DNA of 63,173 nt, the filler included, from Ministeria vibrans ATCC 50519 (Eukaryota > Protista > Filasterea): assembly GCA_943704425.1 (NCBI GenBank). It is 11 parts of 11 records of this genome, joined end to end, with 100 filler letters (N's around TTAATTAATTAA, not from the genome) between each part and the next. Parts side by side here need not be neighbours in the genome. Positions count along the whole stretch, not along the records: positions 24,769 to 38,697 come from CALSCP010002697.1; positions 38,798 to 41,679 come from CALSCP010001790.1; positions 41,780 to 44,504 come from CALSCP010001397.1; positions 44,605 to 46,280 come from CALSCP010001154.1; positions 46,381 to 48,786 come from CALSCP010000030.1; positions 48,887 to 51,906 come from CALSCP010000283.1; 5 more parts are not named here. One strand, 5' to 3'. A program made the translations under genes and the position numbers. Shown here in pieces: positions 36,213-50,539 of this stretch; within the stretch, counting starts at the first letter, position 1, and every line of letters starts with the position of its first letter. The notes under the pieces were generated by a model. It saw only the letters and a list, made by a program, of their open reading frames with translations. It was not told the origin of the DNA and did not search any database.

Positions 36213-36478
36213 TTGCTTGTCGCGGTCTGCCGTGTTTGCTCAGTTGGTGTAGTGCGGTTATAGGGTACCGCTGGTGCAAACGGCGATGTCTGAGAGGGTT
36301 GGAATTTTGCGTGGCGTTCTCGCTTATTCTTTTTATTTTTCCTTTTTTTGTTTTACGCTCGTCTCAAAGCAACAATTGCTTGTCGCGGTCTATCGTGTTG
36401 TATAGGTGGTATAGTGCGGTTATGGGGTACGGCTGGGGCAAACGGCGATGGGTGAGAGGGTTTGGATTTTGCTTGGCG
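36213..36478. repeat. Imperfect ~105-bp direct repeat, 2 copies
   Basis: TTGCTTGTCGCGGTCT...TAGTGCGGTTAT.GGGTAC.GCTGG.GCAAACGGCGATG..TGAGAGGGTT at about 36213 and 36375. Confidence 0.75.
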
Positions 36479-36682
36479 GGCGTTCTCGCTTGTTTCCGTT
36501 TTCGTGTTGGTGGGGGGGTTATCATGCTGCGAGTGTGCAGTGGGATGTCGATTTTGCACGCGGCGCTACATTTGGAGATTGTAAATTAGCATTGTGCATT
36601 GTTAGGTGAAATTTGCTGAATAGATTTATTCTTTGTTTGCGCAGGGAACCTTTCTTTAGCCTCAACCAGCTCTTGTTTCAAC

Positions 36683-37957
36683 ATGAGCCAGGAGATTAAA
36701 GAAGAGGACATTCCAAAGTCTTTTGGTGTAGTCCAGCGGAAAATCTCAGGAGACTCGGGGCAAGGTGAATGTTTTATCATCGAGAATGCAAACCTCGGGC
36801 GTTTTCTTATGAAGGTTTTTAAGGAAACAAACGTGGATCGTTCCACTGAAGCAAGTCAAAGATTTGACAGGGAGGTGAATATTTTAAAATCATGCACTCA
36901 GTGCGACATAGATGGTGTTCCGAAATATATTGACAGTGGAAACTTCGAGTGTTCTAAGGGTGTCATGAATTATATTGTTATGGAGTATGTGAGTAACTCG
37001 AAGAGCCTCGACAAGTATCTGGACGGGTTTAAAAAAGGACTTCCTTCTATTGGCGAGGTATTTGCATTTTTCTCTCGTTTGATGGGTATCTTAAAGGACT
37101 GCCACACACTTGGCATTATTCATCGCGATATCAAGCCAAGAAATATTGTGCTGGCTGACAAGATACTAACTCGACCTTTCCTCGTGGACTTTGGTATTTC
37201 TTTTACGGACGACGATAAATCCATCACGGATACTCAAGGGGAACCATTTAATGCATTCTTCGAACTCCCTGAATTGAAGAATTTTTCTGCGAGACAACTT
37301 AGGGCAGATGATATAAGTATTCTTAAGCGGCATCCAACCATCGACACCACGCAAGCTTGCGGCGTCTTACTCCATGTTTTATTTGGTACTCCACGTGGGC
37401 TCAGCTGTGATAATTTTTTGTTAAACGAGAAAGTGCAAAAAGGTCTAAGGACGTATGAAGGGAATTATCCAGACATGAAACGATTCTTCGTCAAGGCTCT
37501 TAATTCTGACAAGGCGGCTCGATTTCAATCAGTGGATGATTTGGAGTATGCTTTCAAATCCATGACAAGTAACATTGGCGTTACTATGGAGGCGCTGCAG
37601 CGTCGCATTGGCGCTCTTGAATTCAACGAACCTCCTTCACCCGGCACGTCTACCGATCAGACTTGGTTGTCTCTAAAGCCATTGCTAGAGCTTTCCTTTT
37701 CTGTTGCAAAGTTTAAGAAGGAGAGAAAGTGGTTGATGGCAAAAGAGGGAAGGCAATGTAATTTGAGTTACGCGACTGACTCAAGTTTTATCGAGATTGA
37801 ATTCTCTGTTCGCGTGGAGGGCAGACTTTGCTATTTATTGATGAAGGTCGGAGGGAAAGGCGATGAACATTTTTTTAATTTGGACCCATTGCCATCGGAA
37901 AATGATGTTGCATTCGGACTCCTGCATCAATTGGAACGCTGTCTTAAAAAAAACTGA
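36683..37957 (+). CDS. Ser/Thr protein kinase, intronless CDS, bacterial-like
   Basis: GDSGQG loop; LMK lysine; RFDRE alphaC; VMEYV; HRDIKPRN; DFG; LPE; ARFQSVDDL. Confidence 0.88.
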   Translation: MSQEIKEEDIPKSFGVVQRKISGDSGQGECFIIENANLGRFLMKVFKETNVDRSTEASQRFDREVNILKSCTQCDIDGVPKYIDSGNFECSKGVMNYIVMEYVSNSKSLDKYLDGFKKGLPSIGEVFAFFSRLMGILKDCHTLGIIHRDIKPRNIVLADKILTRPFLVDFGISFTDDDKSITDTQGEPFNAFFELPELKNFSARQLRADDISILKRHPTIDTTQACGVLLHVLFGTPRGLSCDNFLLNEKVQKGLRTYEGNYPDMKRFFVKALNSDKAARFQSVDDLEYAFKSMTSNIGVTMEALQRRIGALEFNEPPSPGTSTDQTWLSLKPLLELSFSVAKFKKERKWLMAKEGRQCNLSYATDSSFIEIEFSVRVEGRLCYLLMKVGGKGDEHFFNLDPLPSENDVAFGLLHQLERCLKKN

Positions 37958-38797
37958 TTAATCTTAAGGTGAATTGAAAACCCGAATATTAATAAAGAAT
38001 TGAAATACAAACAACCAACTTAATAAATACAATATCAAATGCAGAATTGAAACCCCGAATATTAATGAAGATTATTAAAGGGTTAACTCTTGTTGAAAAG
38101 TACAAAACAATTGAGGTTCAAAAACGTAAGCTCAGTGTGTGGACGATCGTTTCGGTTTTCTACTTTGCTTTCTGATACTTTTCTCTGCTACTTAAAAGTT
38201 TTATTCTGGCGCTCTCGACGCTGATTTCGCAAAACATCTCTCAAATTTTGAGTTTTTAACGTTTTTACCGATGTTCGTATCCTGGGAAACTTTTCTCAAA
38301 TCGGTGCCAACGGCGTCAGAGCGTCACTGCTTCACTTTTTCACGGCGCCCCTTTTTTGCTGTGCCATTCTCTTCTTCAGGCCCTGCTTATCCCTTGTTCT
38401 TCTCGTTCCCAGGGCCTTTCTTATCTACTTAATCTTATTATGGACTGTTTATTTCTCTTCAAAAGAGTAGAACAATAATGAAGACAATTAGACAAATAAT
38501 AATAAACAAACTATATATGAAACTGAACTGCAAACTGAACTGAAAACTGAACTGGCAAACAGTCCGATCGAAATTTCCTTCCTCAAGGAATTTGAAGATA
38601 CACAATTCTGTTGAGCATGAATGAAAATATTAAAATGAAAATCGAAGATTGAATTTTTAGTATTTGAAATGAAAAATTCACACACATACCACACACCNNN
38701 NNNNNNNNNNNNNNNNNNNNNNNNNNNNNNNNNNNNNNNNNTTAATTAATTAANNNNNNNNNNNNNNNNNNNNNNNNNNNNNNNNNNNNNNNNNNNN

Positions 38798-38852
<55 letters not shown>

Positions 38853-39012
38853 GCTGTTGTTGTTCGTAGGGAGAGGGAATGGGGAACACAACGGGTGAAG
38901 CGGGAGTACCAGGGTACGCACGAAGCTCATTGGTGTCTGAGATGGGAGAGAATGTTAGCGAGAAACACAAACGACAGACACACAGGCAGACAAACACACA
39001 CCACCCACACAC

Positions 39013-39078
<66 letters not shown>

Positions 39079-41604
39079 CTTGCTCGTACTGTAGCTAAGC
39101 GCGTCCACGGAGTGCTGCTGCTGAAGCTGATATGTCTCTTGTGAGGATTCTGAAACACAAGAAAAAAAAAAACTCAATAAGCAAGAAAACTACAAATAGA
39201 ATTTTTGTGTCTTTTCTATTACGTTGCTGGTGGTATAGAGGGGAGGCAGAAGGAAAGGGCGATGCGGTGGACTCGCCGTGGAACCCAACTGCAAACACAG
39301 ACACACACACACACACACACACACAAACAAAGTGAGGAGAAAAGAAACAAAGTGAGGAGAAAAGAAACAAAGTGAGGAGAAAAGAAACAAAGTGAGGAGA
39401 AAAGAAACAAAGTGAGGAGAAAAGAAACAAAGTGATAGAGAGAGCGAGAGAAAGAGGGAATGAGAAACAAAGTAATAGGGAGAGGGGTGGAGACTTGAAG
39501 AAGGGGAGTAGATAGCAATGTGTAACATACCAAGATGACCACTCTGATGCTGTTGCTGCTGTTGCTGCTGTGGCTGTTGATGGTGGTGGTGTGGAGCGCG
39601 GTGGTGGTGGTGGTGGTGTGGGGCCTGGTCACCGAGGGCAAGGCGGGCAAGGGAGTTGATAACTTCGTCGCCGGCAATAAGATGTTCTCGGAGGATTTGA
39701 GAGAGGGTCGGGGAGTCGATGGTGTCACAGGCGAGTTTGAGGTCAATAGTGCCGTCAAGGAGGAGGTCTTGGAGATCGGAAGGGATGTTGCTGTTTGCGT
39801 CGTTGAAGGTGAAGGTGGATGAGGTGGAGTGGGAACGGGCGTGGAGGGTGGTGGTGGTGCGGGAGGATGAAGCAGCTGCGGCGGCGGCCACGGTTGCGGC
39901 GAGACGCGGACTGGCAGCGGCGGTGGAGGCGAGGAAAGGATCGGGCGTGGTGGAGTGGGCGGCGACAGTCGCAGAGGCCATGAGAGCGGCGGAGAGAGAT
40001 ATGCCGGAGCCAGAGGAGGGGCGACGAGTGCGCTTGCGAACGGCACCCGAGACGGTGGATGAGCCTGCACTGCTGCTGTTCGAGCGGCGAGTGCGAGTTG
40101 TCACAGAGGTGGAGGGGGCGGTGGAAGAGGACGCGGTGGTCGTGGTGGAGTTGGAGGCGGTGGAGGCAATAGATGAGACAGGAGAGGGGGCGCTGAGGGT
40201 GGGTGAGACAGCGGAAGAGGGGGAGAGAGTGGCAGGTGCGTATAAGGCAGTGGAGAAGCTGTGGGGACGATGGTGGTGGAGGTGGGAGTGGCGATGGTGG
40301 TGGCGGTTGAGGTGAAAAGCAGTGGATGCAGCCAGGCCGTTCTCCTTGAGATGGTGCTTGTGGATGGCGTCGTTGAGTACCCCGACGTATTCTGCGTTGA
40401 TGGACCACACCGCGCCCTTGGTCGTCTTCTCTTGCTTCCCGCCTGAGCTTGAGCCGCCTACGCCTGAGCCTGAACCCTCGTTGAGTGAGCTCCGCTGAAA
40501 GCACTTGTTAAGAGATAGATTGTGACGCACGCTGTTCTTCCAGCCGTTGGAGGCGGTGCGGAAGAAGGGAAAGTGGTCGGTGATCCACGAGTAGATCTCG
40601 TAGACTGGCAAGCCCTTGATTTCCGAGTCGCTAATGGCCATGGCAATGAGCGAAGCGAACGAGTAAGCGGGTTTAGTGAGGGCCACGAGCTCAGCTTGAC
40701 TGAATTCGGGGACGATGCAGACACCGTGGTCGGGAGGAACGACAACACGTTGCTGTTGCTGTTGTTGTGGTTGCTGCGTTGAGCAGCCTTGTTGCGACTG
40801 CTGTTGAAGGTGATCTTGTGAAAGGGGTTGTGGGGAGGGGGCCCAGTCGGACGGGGACGCACACGAGGAATTACTATTGGAGGGATGTAAAGCGGGCAAG
40901 CTGGCGCTTAGAGCAAGATTTGACATGGGGTCGACAACAGTCGAGTTGGAAAAGTCGGACTCATAGAGGGAGGAAGAAGAGCCGGCAAGGTGGCTTGACG
41001 GGGGCGCATACTCGGCAACAAAGGGCGACGAGCGTGGCCTGTGCGCCGACGAGAGTTTGGAGCGTTGTGCGTCGAACATGGGAACGACCGAGGGTGTGGT
41101 GCCGGGCGGGATGGACGCACCATTGGTGTCCATGTCGGCCGTAAAGACATTGTGGACGCTGTTGCTGCGGCCACGCGCGTCGGGGCGAAATTCACCAAGG
41201 AGACGTTCGGATGGCGACGAGCGACCGGCCGCAACGGCGGCAGCGTTTGTCGTAGCAACGGCTGCGAGTTTTGTTGATCCTCGTCGTTGCAAAGTATGTC
41301 CGGAGAGCGTCGGCGACGCATGGCCGATGGAACGACGGCGTGGAAGGTGTAGGTAGGAGGGTAAGGGAGAGCTCGAGCGATGGACGCCGGCGGCCGTCTG
41401 CTGCGGCGGCTGCTGTGGCTGTTGTGGCAGGGACGGGTTTTGCGACGGCGTGTGCGGCGGTGGAGATCGAGGCGACGACGGCCCTGAGCTGTTGGCCTCG
41501 CTAAAGGCAGGGCTCCGGGGGGGGCCTGCAACAGCCGCGGCTTTGACGAAGATCCTGGACAGGAGACGGGCGCGCGCGCGGTGAGCAGTGCGATGGAGAA
41601 CCAA
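38798..41604 (-). CDS. Forkhead transcription factor, FoxN2/3-like (ends uncertain)
   Basis: [14 protein letters not shown]...[38 protein letters not shown]...KGAVW. Confidence 0.88.
39324..39433. repeat. 20-bp tandem repeat GAAACAAAGTGAGGAGAAAA (about 5 copies) in a Fox intron
   Basis: Direct reading. Confidence 0.9.
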
Positions 41605-41887
41605 AAAAAGAACAGAACGGAAACGGAAGAGGCAGTGGATTTTGCGAGAATTTTTGCCAGTTTGGGAAGAACCGTGAGTNNNNNNNNNNNNNNNNNNNNN
41701 NNNNNNNNNNNNNNNNNNNNNNNTTAATTAATTAANNNNNNNNNNNNNNNNNNNNNNNNNNNNNNNNNNNNNNNNNNNNAGGGCAGGGCAGGGCAGGGCA
41801 GGGCAGGGCAGGGCAGGGCAGGGAAGAGAAGGGCAGGGCAGGGAAGAGAAGGGCAGAGAAGGGAAGGACAGCGGTGCGCCTGAGCGT

Positions 41888-42256
41888 ACCCGTCAAAGTC
41901 GATCGTCGTGAGCTCCTGCACACTCTCCTCCTGACTGATGCCGCCTGTTGCGCTATCCCAGTTGAGGCAATTGTTACACCCGTCCATCATAAACTGCTTC
42001 ACTGTCTGTGGGTCGACGAGGAGCAGAGGAAACGTGAGAAAGAGATTTCGTTTTCATTTCGACGTTTTCGTTCTCATGCGACACAATTCTTTGAAAAGCA
42101 GCGAGGCAGGCCTCTCAAACACGATTCACTGGGTACCTTGACGAGGTGACACTTGACGCAGGCGCGTAGTGTTTTCATTTCGGTCGGAAGAACATTTGTG
42201 AGCAAATCCTCTCTCGTATCGCCGTCGCGTCGGCCGAGCTGAGCGTACGTGGACAT
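41888..42256 (-). CDS. SPT4: Transcription elongation factor Spt4 (5' exons)
   Basis: LRACVKCHLVK|TVKQFMMDGCNNC...TTIDFDG. Confidence 0.9.
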
Positions 42257-42390
42257 GGTGGTGTTGATACGATGTACAGGAAGGGGGAATCGACTGTAAG
42301 AGTAACAACTTACAAAATAATTAATCTTCGAATAAGTTAAAAAGTGATTGAAATTTTTGACATTTTTGTTTTTGTCTTCTTCAAACAAAA

Positions 42391-42651
42391 ATGTCGGGCA
42401 AACCAAAGCTCTCCATGCTGCAGAGATATAAACGTACCTTGTGTGTGTAGCGCGTGAGGTTGTTCGCGAGCGCTGAACTCCGTGTAGAACTGCCCACCAA
42501 GGGGAAACTGGCCATTTCGTGTGTGACGGCGACCTTTGCGTATGCCGGCCTCATTCTCTCCAACTACATCGAGCAGCAGATTCTCATTGAGGAGGGGAAG
42601 CTGGAAAAGCCCACGCCCAGCGGCGATGACGACGAGCTGCTCAAAGGATGA
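42391..42651 (+). CDS. Small single-pass membrane protein, 2 exons
   Basis: MSGKPKLSMLQRYK|intron|LPTKGKLAISCVTATFAYAGLILSNYIEQ... Confidence 0.55.
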
Positions 42652-42858
42652 GGCTTCATTGTGTGTGACATAATATAATGCATAAGATGTAATCCCCCGT
42701 GTACTTATGAAGGGGACATACAAGACTATTATTCTTATTCTTATTCTTATTGTGCTGCTTTGTTTTGATATAGTCTTGTTTTGACTCTCTCGATTCTCTA
42801 TTAATTAGTTTTTTATTACTTCTTTTATTCATTCTTATCTTAGAAACGTTAAATCTCA

Positions 42859-44377
<1,519 letters not shown>

Positions 44378-44584
44378 TGTACAACAACACAAGAAACGAA
44401 AGAAGAAAACACGATGAGTATGAAAGAAAAGAGCAACCCCCCCCTGGAAGCGGCGCTGGAAAGCGCGCTGGCGCACTGGCTCTATCATGATGAAGTCTGG
44501 AACCNNNNNNNNNNNNNNNNNNNNNNNNNNNNNNNNNNNNNNNNNNNNTTAATTAATTAANNNNNNNNNNNNNNNNNNNNNNNN

Positions 44585-46280
44585 NNNNNNNNNNNNNNNN
44601 NNNNGAGCATGTTCCGCCATTCTCACATGGCGAAGACCCACACTCATCGACATCCGTCTCGCAATGTACTCCGAAGTATCCATTTGCACAGAAACACGTG
44701 TAACCGCACACAGAGTCCGCGCACGTTCCACCATTCTGGCAAGGACTCGACGCGCACTCATTCACGGCACTCTGACAAAGTGCACCAACCCATCCGCATG
44801 CGCAATCGCACACAAAGGAAGCGAGCCCGTCTGTACATGAACCACCGTTCTCACAAGGACTTGACGCACACTCGTCAATCTCGCTCTCGCAGTTGACTCC
44901 CGTATATCCATTCGGGCACGTACATTGGAATGTACCTGTTCCTCCGCCACCATACTTTACAATGTTTGGTCCCAAGTATAGGCGGGGAAGTCCAGAGAGA
45001 CCTGGCAGGCTATTTGCTGGGACCTGCAGCACGCCAGCACTGTCGGGTGTCAACGAGAAGGACGATTTAAAATTGAAATCCGCCGAGAATTGCACGTTGC
45101 TCACAATTTGAGTCTGTACTGTGTGACCCGCGCTTCCGGTTGCAGCAACAAGCGTGTAATCCACACCTGGTGACAGAAGTACAGAGTGGTCCAACACTGA
45201 CATCATGTTCTTGAATCCAGACATGCCCACAACAACATCAGAGTGACTGACAAGCGTTGATGCCAAGAATGTCGAGCCCTCGTAAAGCCCGACGTTCAGC
45301 GGTTCAGGAATGCCTCCAGCTCCATTGAAAAACATGCCTAACGCAGCGACAACCATGTGCTCATTCACGCTAAACTCGTATCCGACAAGCCTTCCGGCGG
45401 ACACAATTGAGAACGCACCACCCGAGTACGACTTCGCCAAGAGCTCTCCAAAAGGCGGAACGTAATCGCACGTTCCCCCATTCATGCAAGGACTCGAAAG
45501 ACAGTCATCCGCGTCGGTCTCGCACAGCGGTCCAGTGTAGCCGAGTCGGCAGAGACATGTCACTGAGTCGACAGTGGCCACACAAGTACCATCGTTGGAA
45601 CACGGAGACGAAAGACATCCATTCAACTCGGTTTCACAAACGGTGCCAGTAAACCCAGAGGCACATTGACATGAGTAGCCGCACACCGCATCCACACACG
45701 TTCCTCCGTTCATGCACGGGTTCGACACACACTCGTTGATCGCACTGCCGCACTTGGCGCCTTGCCATCCGCATGCACAATCGCACACAAACGAATCAAC
45801 GCCGTCGTGGCACGTTCCGCCGTTCTTGCACGGCGAAGACGCACACTCGTCGATTTCGCTTTCGCAGTCTGCACCGGTGTAGCCGCTCTTGCACACACAC
45901 GCGTAGCCACACACCGAGTCGATGCATGTGCCGTCGTGTGCGCACGGGTTCGACGCACACTCATTCGTGTTCGTGCCGCACGTCACTCCTTCGTAACCGC
46001 ACGCACACTCGCACGAAAACGAATCAACGCCCATCGAACAGGTTCCGCCATTCTCACATGGCGAAGACCCACACTCATCGACATCCGTCTCGCAATGCAC
46101 TCCAAAGTATCCATTCGCACAGAAACACGTGTAGCCGCACACAGAGTCCGCGCACGTTCCACCATTCTGGCACGGACTCGACGCACACTCGTTAATGTTA
46201 GTCTGACAAAGTGTTCCCATCCATCCGCATGCACAATCGCACACAAACGAGTCCACTCCATCGCTGCACGTTCCACCGTT
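44585..46280 (-). CDS. EGF-repeat protein fragment with an inserted DUF4082-like beta-sandwich
   Basis: About 10 EGF units; insert VGYEFSV...VAALGMF...VGLY...LAST...GF...VLLSPGVDYTLVA. Confidence 0.8.
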
Positions 46281-47018
46281 NNNNNNNNNNNNNNNNNNNN
46301 NNNNNNNNNNNNNNNNNNNNNNNNTTAATTAATTAANNNNNNNNNNNNNNNNNNNNNNNNNNNNNNNNNNNNNNNNNNNNCGGAGAATGGGATGTGCGCA
46401 AGGCAGGAGGGGGAGCGGGTACCTTGGACCAGTCGGTTGACATGGGGGCGGGAGAGGCGGAGGCGGAGGGGCGGGAGGGGCGGCGGTGGTGCTGGGATGG
46501 GTTGGGACGAAAGGGACGGGTGAGCGCAGGGAACGACGCCGGAAGCACGGATCGCACAGAAGGTCTTGGCAGAGACAACGGGCTGGCCAAAGCAGAGGAG
46601 GCGAGGCGACGGAGAAGAAGCGTCGTGAAAAAAGTGAATAAAAAGTAAAAACTAAAAGTTTTAAGTACCGAAAAGTTCAAGCAAATAAAACAATAGAGAA
46701 ATTAAACGAGAATTAAACGAGAAAGGAGCAATAGCAACACAAAAAAGCATTGTAGTGCTTCCGTTTAAATCCACTATAAGTCTACAATGCATAGAATATA
46801 GATTGTACACTAAGCCCCGAAAGTGAAAGACTTTATCAACTCAAGTCTGAGACAACTCTACACTGAATTCTGATGAGAGTACGGGAATCAAATCCCATAT
46901 CATTTCCCAATATGCTATGCTAACTGATCACTGAATGAAAGAGGAGCTTGGTTTAGAAGCTGCTGCCTCATTATGTACATTATGTATGGTGCATGAAAAT
47001 GGTGTGTGTCGCAGTCTC

Positions 47019-47663
47019 TTAGTGCCCTTTGGCCTTCTTGCCAGTGCGACTCGAAGAGATCATCTTCCACACGTGAGTAATGAAACCAAAGGCACTGATG
47101 ACCACAGTGGTACGATAGAGTGGTAGGTGGACAGTATTCTGAAAGGAATGAGAAGCGAGCATAAGAGAACACTACGCAACTCAAAGTAGTACTGTCTGCC
47201 GTACCTGCTCGGCCGGCACAATCTGCTGGGCGTAACCAATGGTGTAGAGCAAGACAATGTTGATGACTTCGGTGAAGAGCACCAGGGCGTTGTTGTTGGG
47301 GGCGAGGAAGATGATGGCCAAGACAAGGCAGCAGTAGCCGAGGAAGGAGAGGAGGACGCAGTCGTAGAGCGAGGAGAGCAGGAAGACAAGGCCCTTGGGG
47401 GTGTGCTCGCTTGCAAGCCACGCGTCGATGCGCGTCCCGTCAGGCAGACCCAGAAGCGCACTGGTGGCGGCGCTGTCCAGCGTCCACGGGTGCGGTTCAC
47501 TGCCAAGCCAGACCGGTATGAGTTGCGAGTGACTTGCGAGTGAGTGTGTGAGTGTGCAGCATTCGCCATCCTACCTGAATAATATCATTACGACCAAAAG
47601 GCCACTGACAGCCGAGAAGAAAAGCGCACCAAACGATATGGACAGGCGAATCGAGGTTGGCAT
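47019..47663 (-). CDS. Small multi-pass membrane protein, 3 exons, C-terminal di-lysine tail
   Basis: Spliced reconstruction MPTSIRLSISFGALFFSAVSGLLVVMILF|SEPHPW...VLLSFLGYCCLVLAIIFL...|NTVHLP...KKAKGH*; GT-AG introns; not shown by the ORF track. Confidence 0.7.
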
Positions 47664-47941
47664 TGCGTCACAGAAAAAAGAATGAATAGAAAAAAGAAAT
47701 TCAAGATCATTCGTTTTGTGTGTATTACCCTTGGTTCAGCGCTTCAGGATGGGAATTGTATCTTCAACGTCGATGTCATCGTCTGCGGGCGACGGCGACT
47801 ATGTCCAATGTAGGGTTAATTTGTTTTTGTTGTTTTCCCACTTGTGACGGACGACTTGACACCTTCACTGCGTGCACAAAAATGGCGGCGAAATCTGGCT
47901 CAATCTAACTTTGGTCGTGTATAGTGCAGAGGAAGTTGCGT

Positions 47942-48668
47942 ATGGGAGGAAGATTTGCGGTGAATAAAGTAAGATCTGACGGCGATCAGACGAGATTTCG
48001 TGCAGGCCTCAACCAAAAATATCAACCGCCTCCATTTCACAGCCAAACCGCGCAGGGTCGCTTCCACTGCTCGCAGCACAGCGTTCATGCGACCCAAACA
48101 TTATTAAACTGCTGATCCAGAGTGGTGCAGATCCCATGGCGGTGGCATCAGCTTCGAAGTTGGAGTAAGTCACACTATTTTATTTCCTCGACAATATAAT
48201 TAATAAAAGGAGAGCCCAATCTGCTGTCACGTTGATGCCTGGTGTCAAGCGATAGGCTTTACATTTACTCATCTATGCCCTGTACACTCACGTCACTCAG
48301 TGAGTGTATAGAACACTCTATCCGTTTAATCTTACGCTTGTGGGTTATTTTTTTTTAGCGCACTCCAGTCTGCTGTCCGCGCTGGCAATTCCAAGATGCT
48401 CACTGCCATTGTGAAGCATGGTCATATTGATTTGGCAAATCTTGACGGCGAGTATACTGCGCGGCTGTTTGCGGATGCGCTGCGACGCGGGCATGCGTCC
48501 ATTATCGAGACTCTGTTGGCGCTTGGTGCGCCTCCCGACAGCGGCAACGACCCGTACATGATGCTGGCGGCTGCCGGTCGTGGCGCAACCACCATTGTAA
48601 GATTACTTCTACAGGCAGGTGCAAATCCAGCTCGTACCTCACCTACTGGTACCACAGCCATGCACAAG
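47942..48668 (+). CDS. Ankyrin-repeat protein (partial)
   Basis: IIKLLIQSGADP; LAAAGRGATTIVRLLLQAGANP...GTTAMH. Confidence 0.75.
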
Positions 48669-48682
48669 GTAGTCCACAAAAA

Positions 48683-48786
<104 letters not shown>

Positions 48787-48886
48787 NNNNNNNNNNNNNN
48801 NNNNNNNNNNNNNNNNNNNNNNNNNNNNNNTTAATTAATTAANNNNNNNNNNNNNNNNNNNNNNNNNNNNNNNNNNNNNNNNNNNN

Positions 48887-48938
<52 letters not shown>

Positions 48939-49065
48939 AGTGATAGAGAGAGAGAGTGAGTGGGTAAAAATCGGAGAAAAGAGTGGGGTTATTAGTGTGT
49001 AAATGGGTGATGGATGAGTGAGTGTAACTGTAAGTAAAATGTCTTATTATATGAGCTGCTCTTAC

Positions 49066-50143
49066 TTGACTGAATCTGAGGATCAACTGATAGTGGTGCA
49101 AGAGAGCGGCTGTGGCGTGTTCGTCGGTGCCCGCCAGTGCTCTTTGTGCAACACCACTTGCGTCTAATGACGTGGTACCGGCGCTTTTTGTTTGAGAGTG
49201 GAATTCGTAGAGCACTGAGAGTCCTCTTCCGCTGCAAATGTCGTCCCACTCCAGTGATCGGGATGGAATGCGCTTGGCGTAGTATTTAAGAAAGTCCTTT
49301 TCTTCTGGCATCCAATGAACGCTAAACAAGGAGCGAGAGACGGGAGATAGGGGTAAAGGTAAGAAGGTCAACACATCACTCAACGCCCTCACGCAACCCC
49401 TTACTTGCAGTGCCCTCCTTCCAACGGAAGCACCGAAAAGCCCGTCCCGTTGCCCACGAGCATTGCATTTCCAAGACCCGTTCCCACCGCAATAATAAGA
49501 TGATTATGACGCGGATCCAGTTGTGTGGCGTTGAGTCCATCGTGTCCGGCCCATTCCTTCAGAATTCAGAGGTTCACTTCACTGTCTCAGTCTGTCTCAG
49601 TCTCAGTCTGTCTCTCTCCCGACAATTGTACCAGCTTAAAATAATCCTGAAGCTTGTTCGTTTGACACAGCCCACTGACAGCGTGGCACACACCAACGAG
49701 GTCGTTCATGAGACACGATCGGCCCGACGGAACAAGTGCGGCAGGAAAGTCGGCCAATGAAAACGCACAGCTCTCTACACGCCAGTCAGGAACGACGTCT
49801 GTGCCCACCCCCGCCCACCAATCCATCGTACCTTGATCGAAGTTGGCAATGGCAAGGCACACGTTGTTGTCGCAGGGACCTGGGGCGCAGAATGAAGCAG
49901 ATTCGATCTGTCGCTCGCCCAAATCTGTTTCCACCTGCTTCATCGCCTCAACGAGTCCCCGTGCGCTGCTCACCTCAAACCTCCACTACTCAACGACCAC
50001 GCATGGAATCCAAGGTAAATGCGCAGTCGAGCGAGCTCTGGTTCGTTTGTTTCGGGTACACTTTGGATGATTTTCTCGTTGGGCATTTCACGGAGCTCAA
50101 CGCGCGTGTACGTCCCGCCCACGTCGCCAACAAGAACAAGCAT
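49066..50143 (-). CDS. Glucokinase (Glk type), multi-exon, 3' truncated
   Basis: LVGDVGGTYTRV; APGP; LMNDL; VGTGLG...LPLEGGH; EWDDICSGRGL. Confidence 0.85.
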
Positions 50144-50539
50144 GGCTCAAAACAACACAAGAATCGTGTTGGTGTGCACCGTGGCTCAACCCACTCAACA
50201 AAGTTGACAATGTCAAAAAATATCTAATCACTTCTATATCTAAATAATATCACTGATCTGAAGGATTAAAATTAATCACTCAAACTATCAAAGAGAAACA
50301 GTCTTCATGGAAAAATAAGCTACTGCAGCCTGTCTACATTTTGCATTGCTGATTATAGAGTAACTACAGCCCATCGGACTCACTTTGAAATATCAATGTT
50401 CGGCCGTTTCTGCTTACGCTAAGTGGATAATACGCACGAATGTATTCACTCTATCCCTCTCTCAACATCGCACTTCGTACATAACAGCTGTACACGCTGT
50501 CCCACGCCAAAGAAAGAAAAAAACCATCTCAAAGATATC

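Noticed and set aside
46800-47540. Plus-strand resemblance to a decayed Copia integrase and acidic tail
   Set aside because: The minus strand gives a clean 3-exon membrane-protein gene with GT-AG introns; the plus-strand reading is its shadow.
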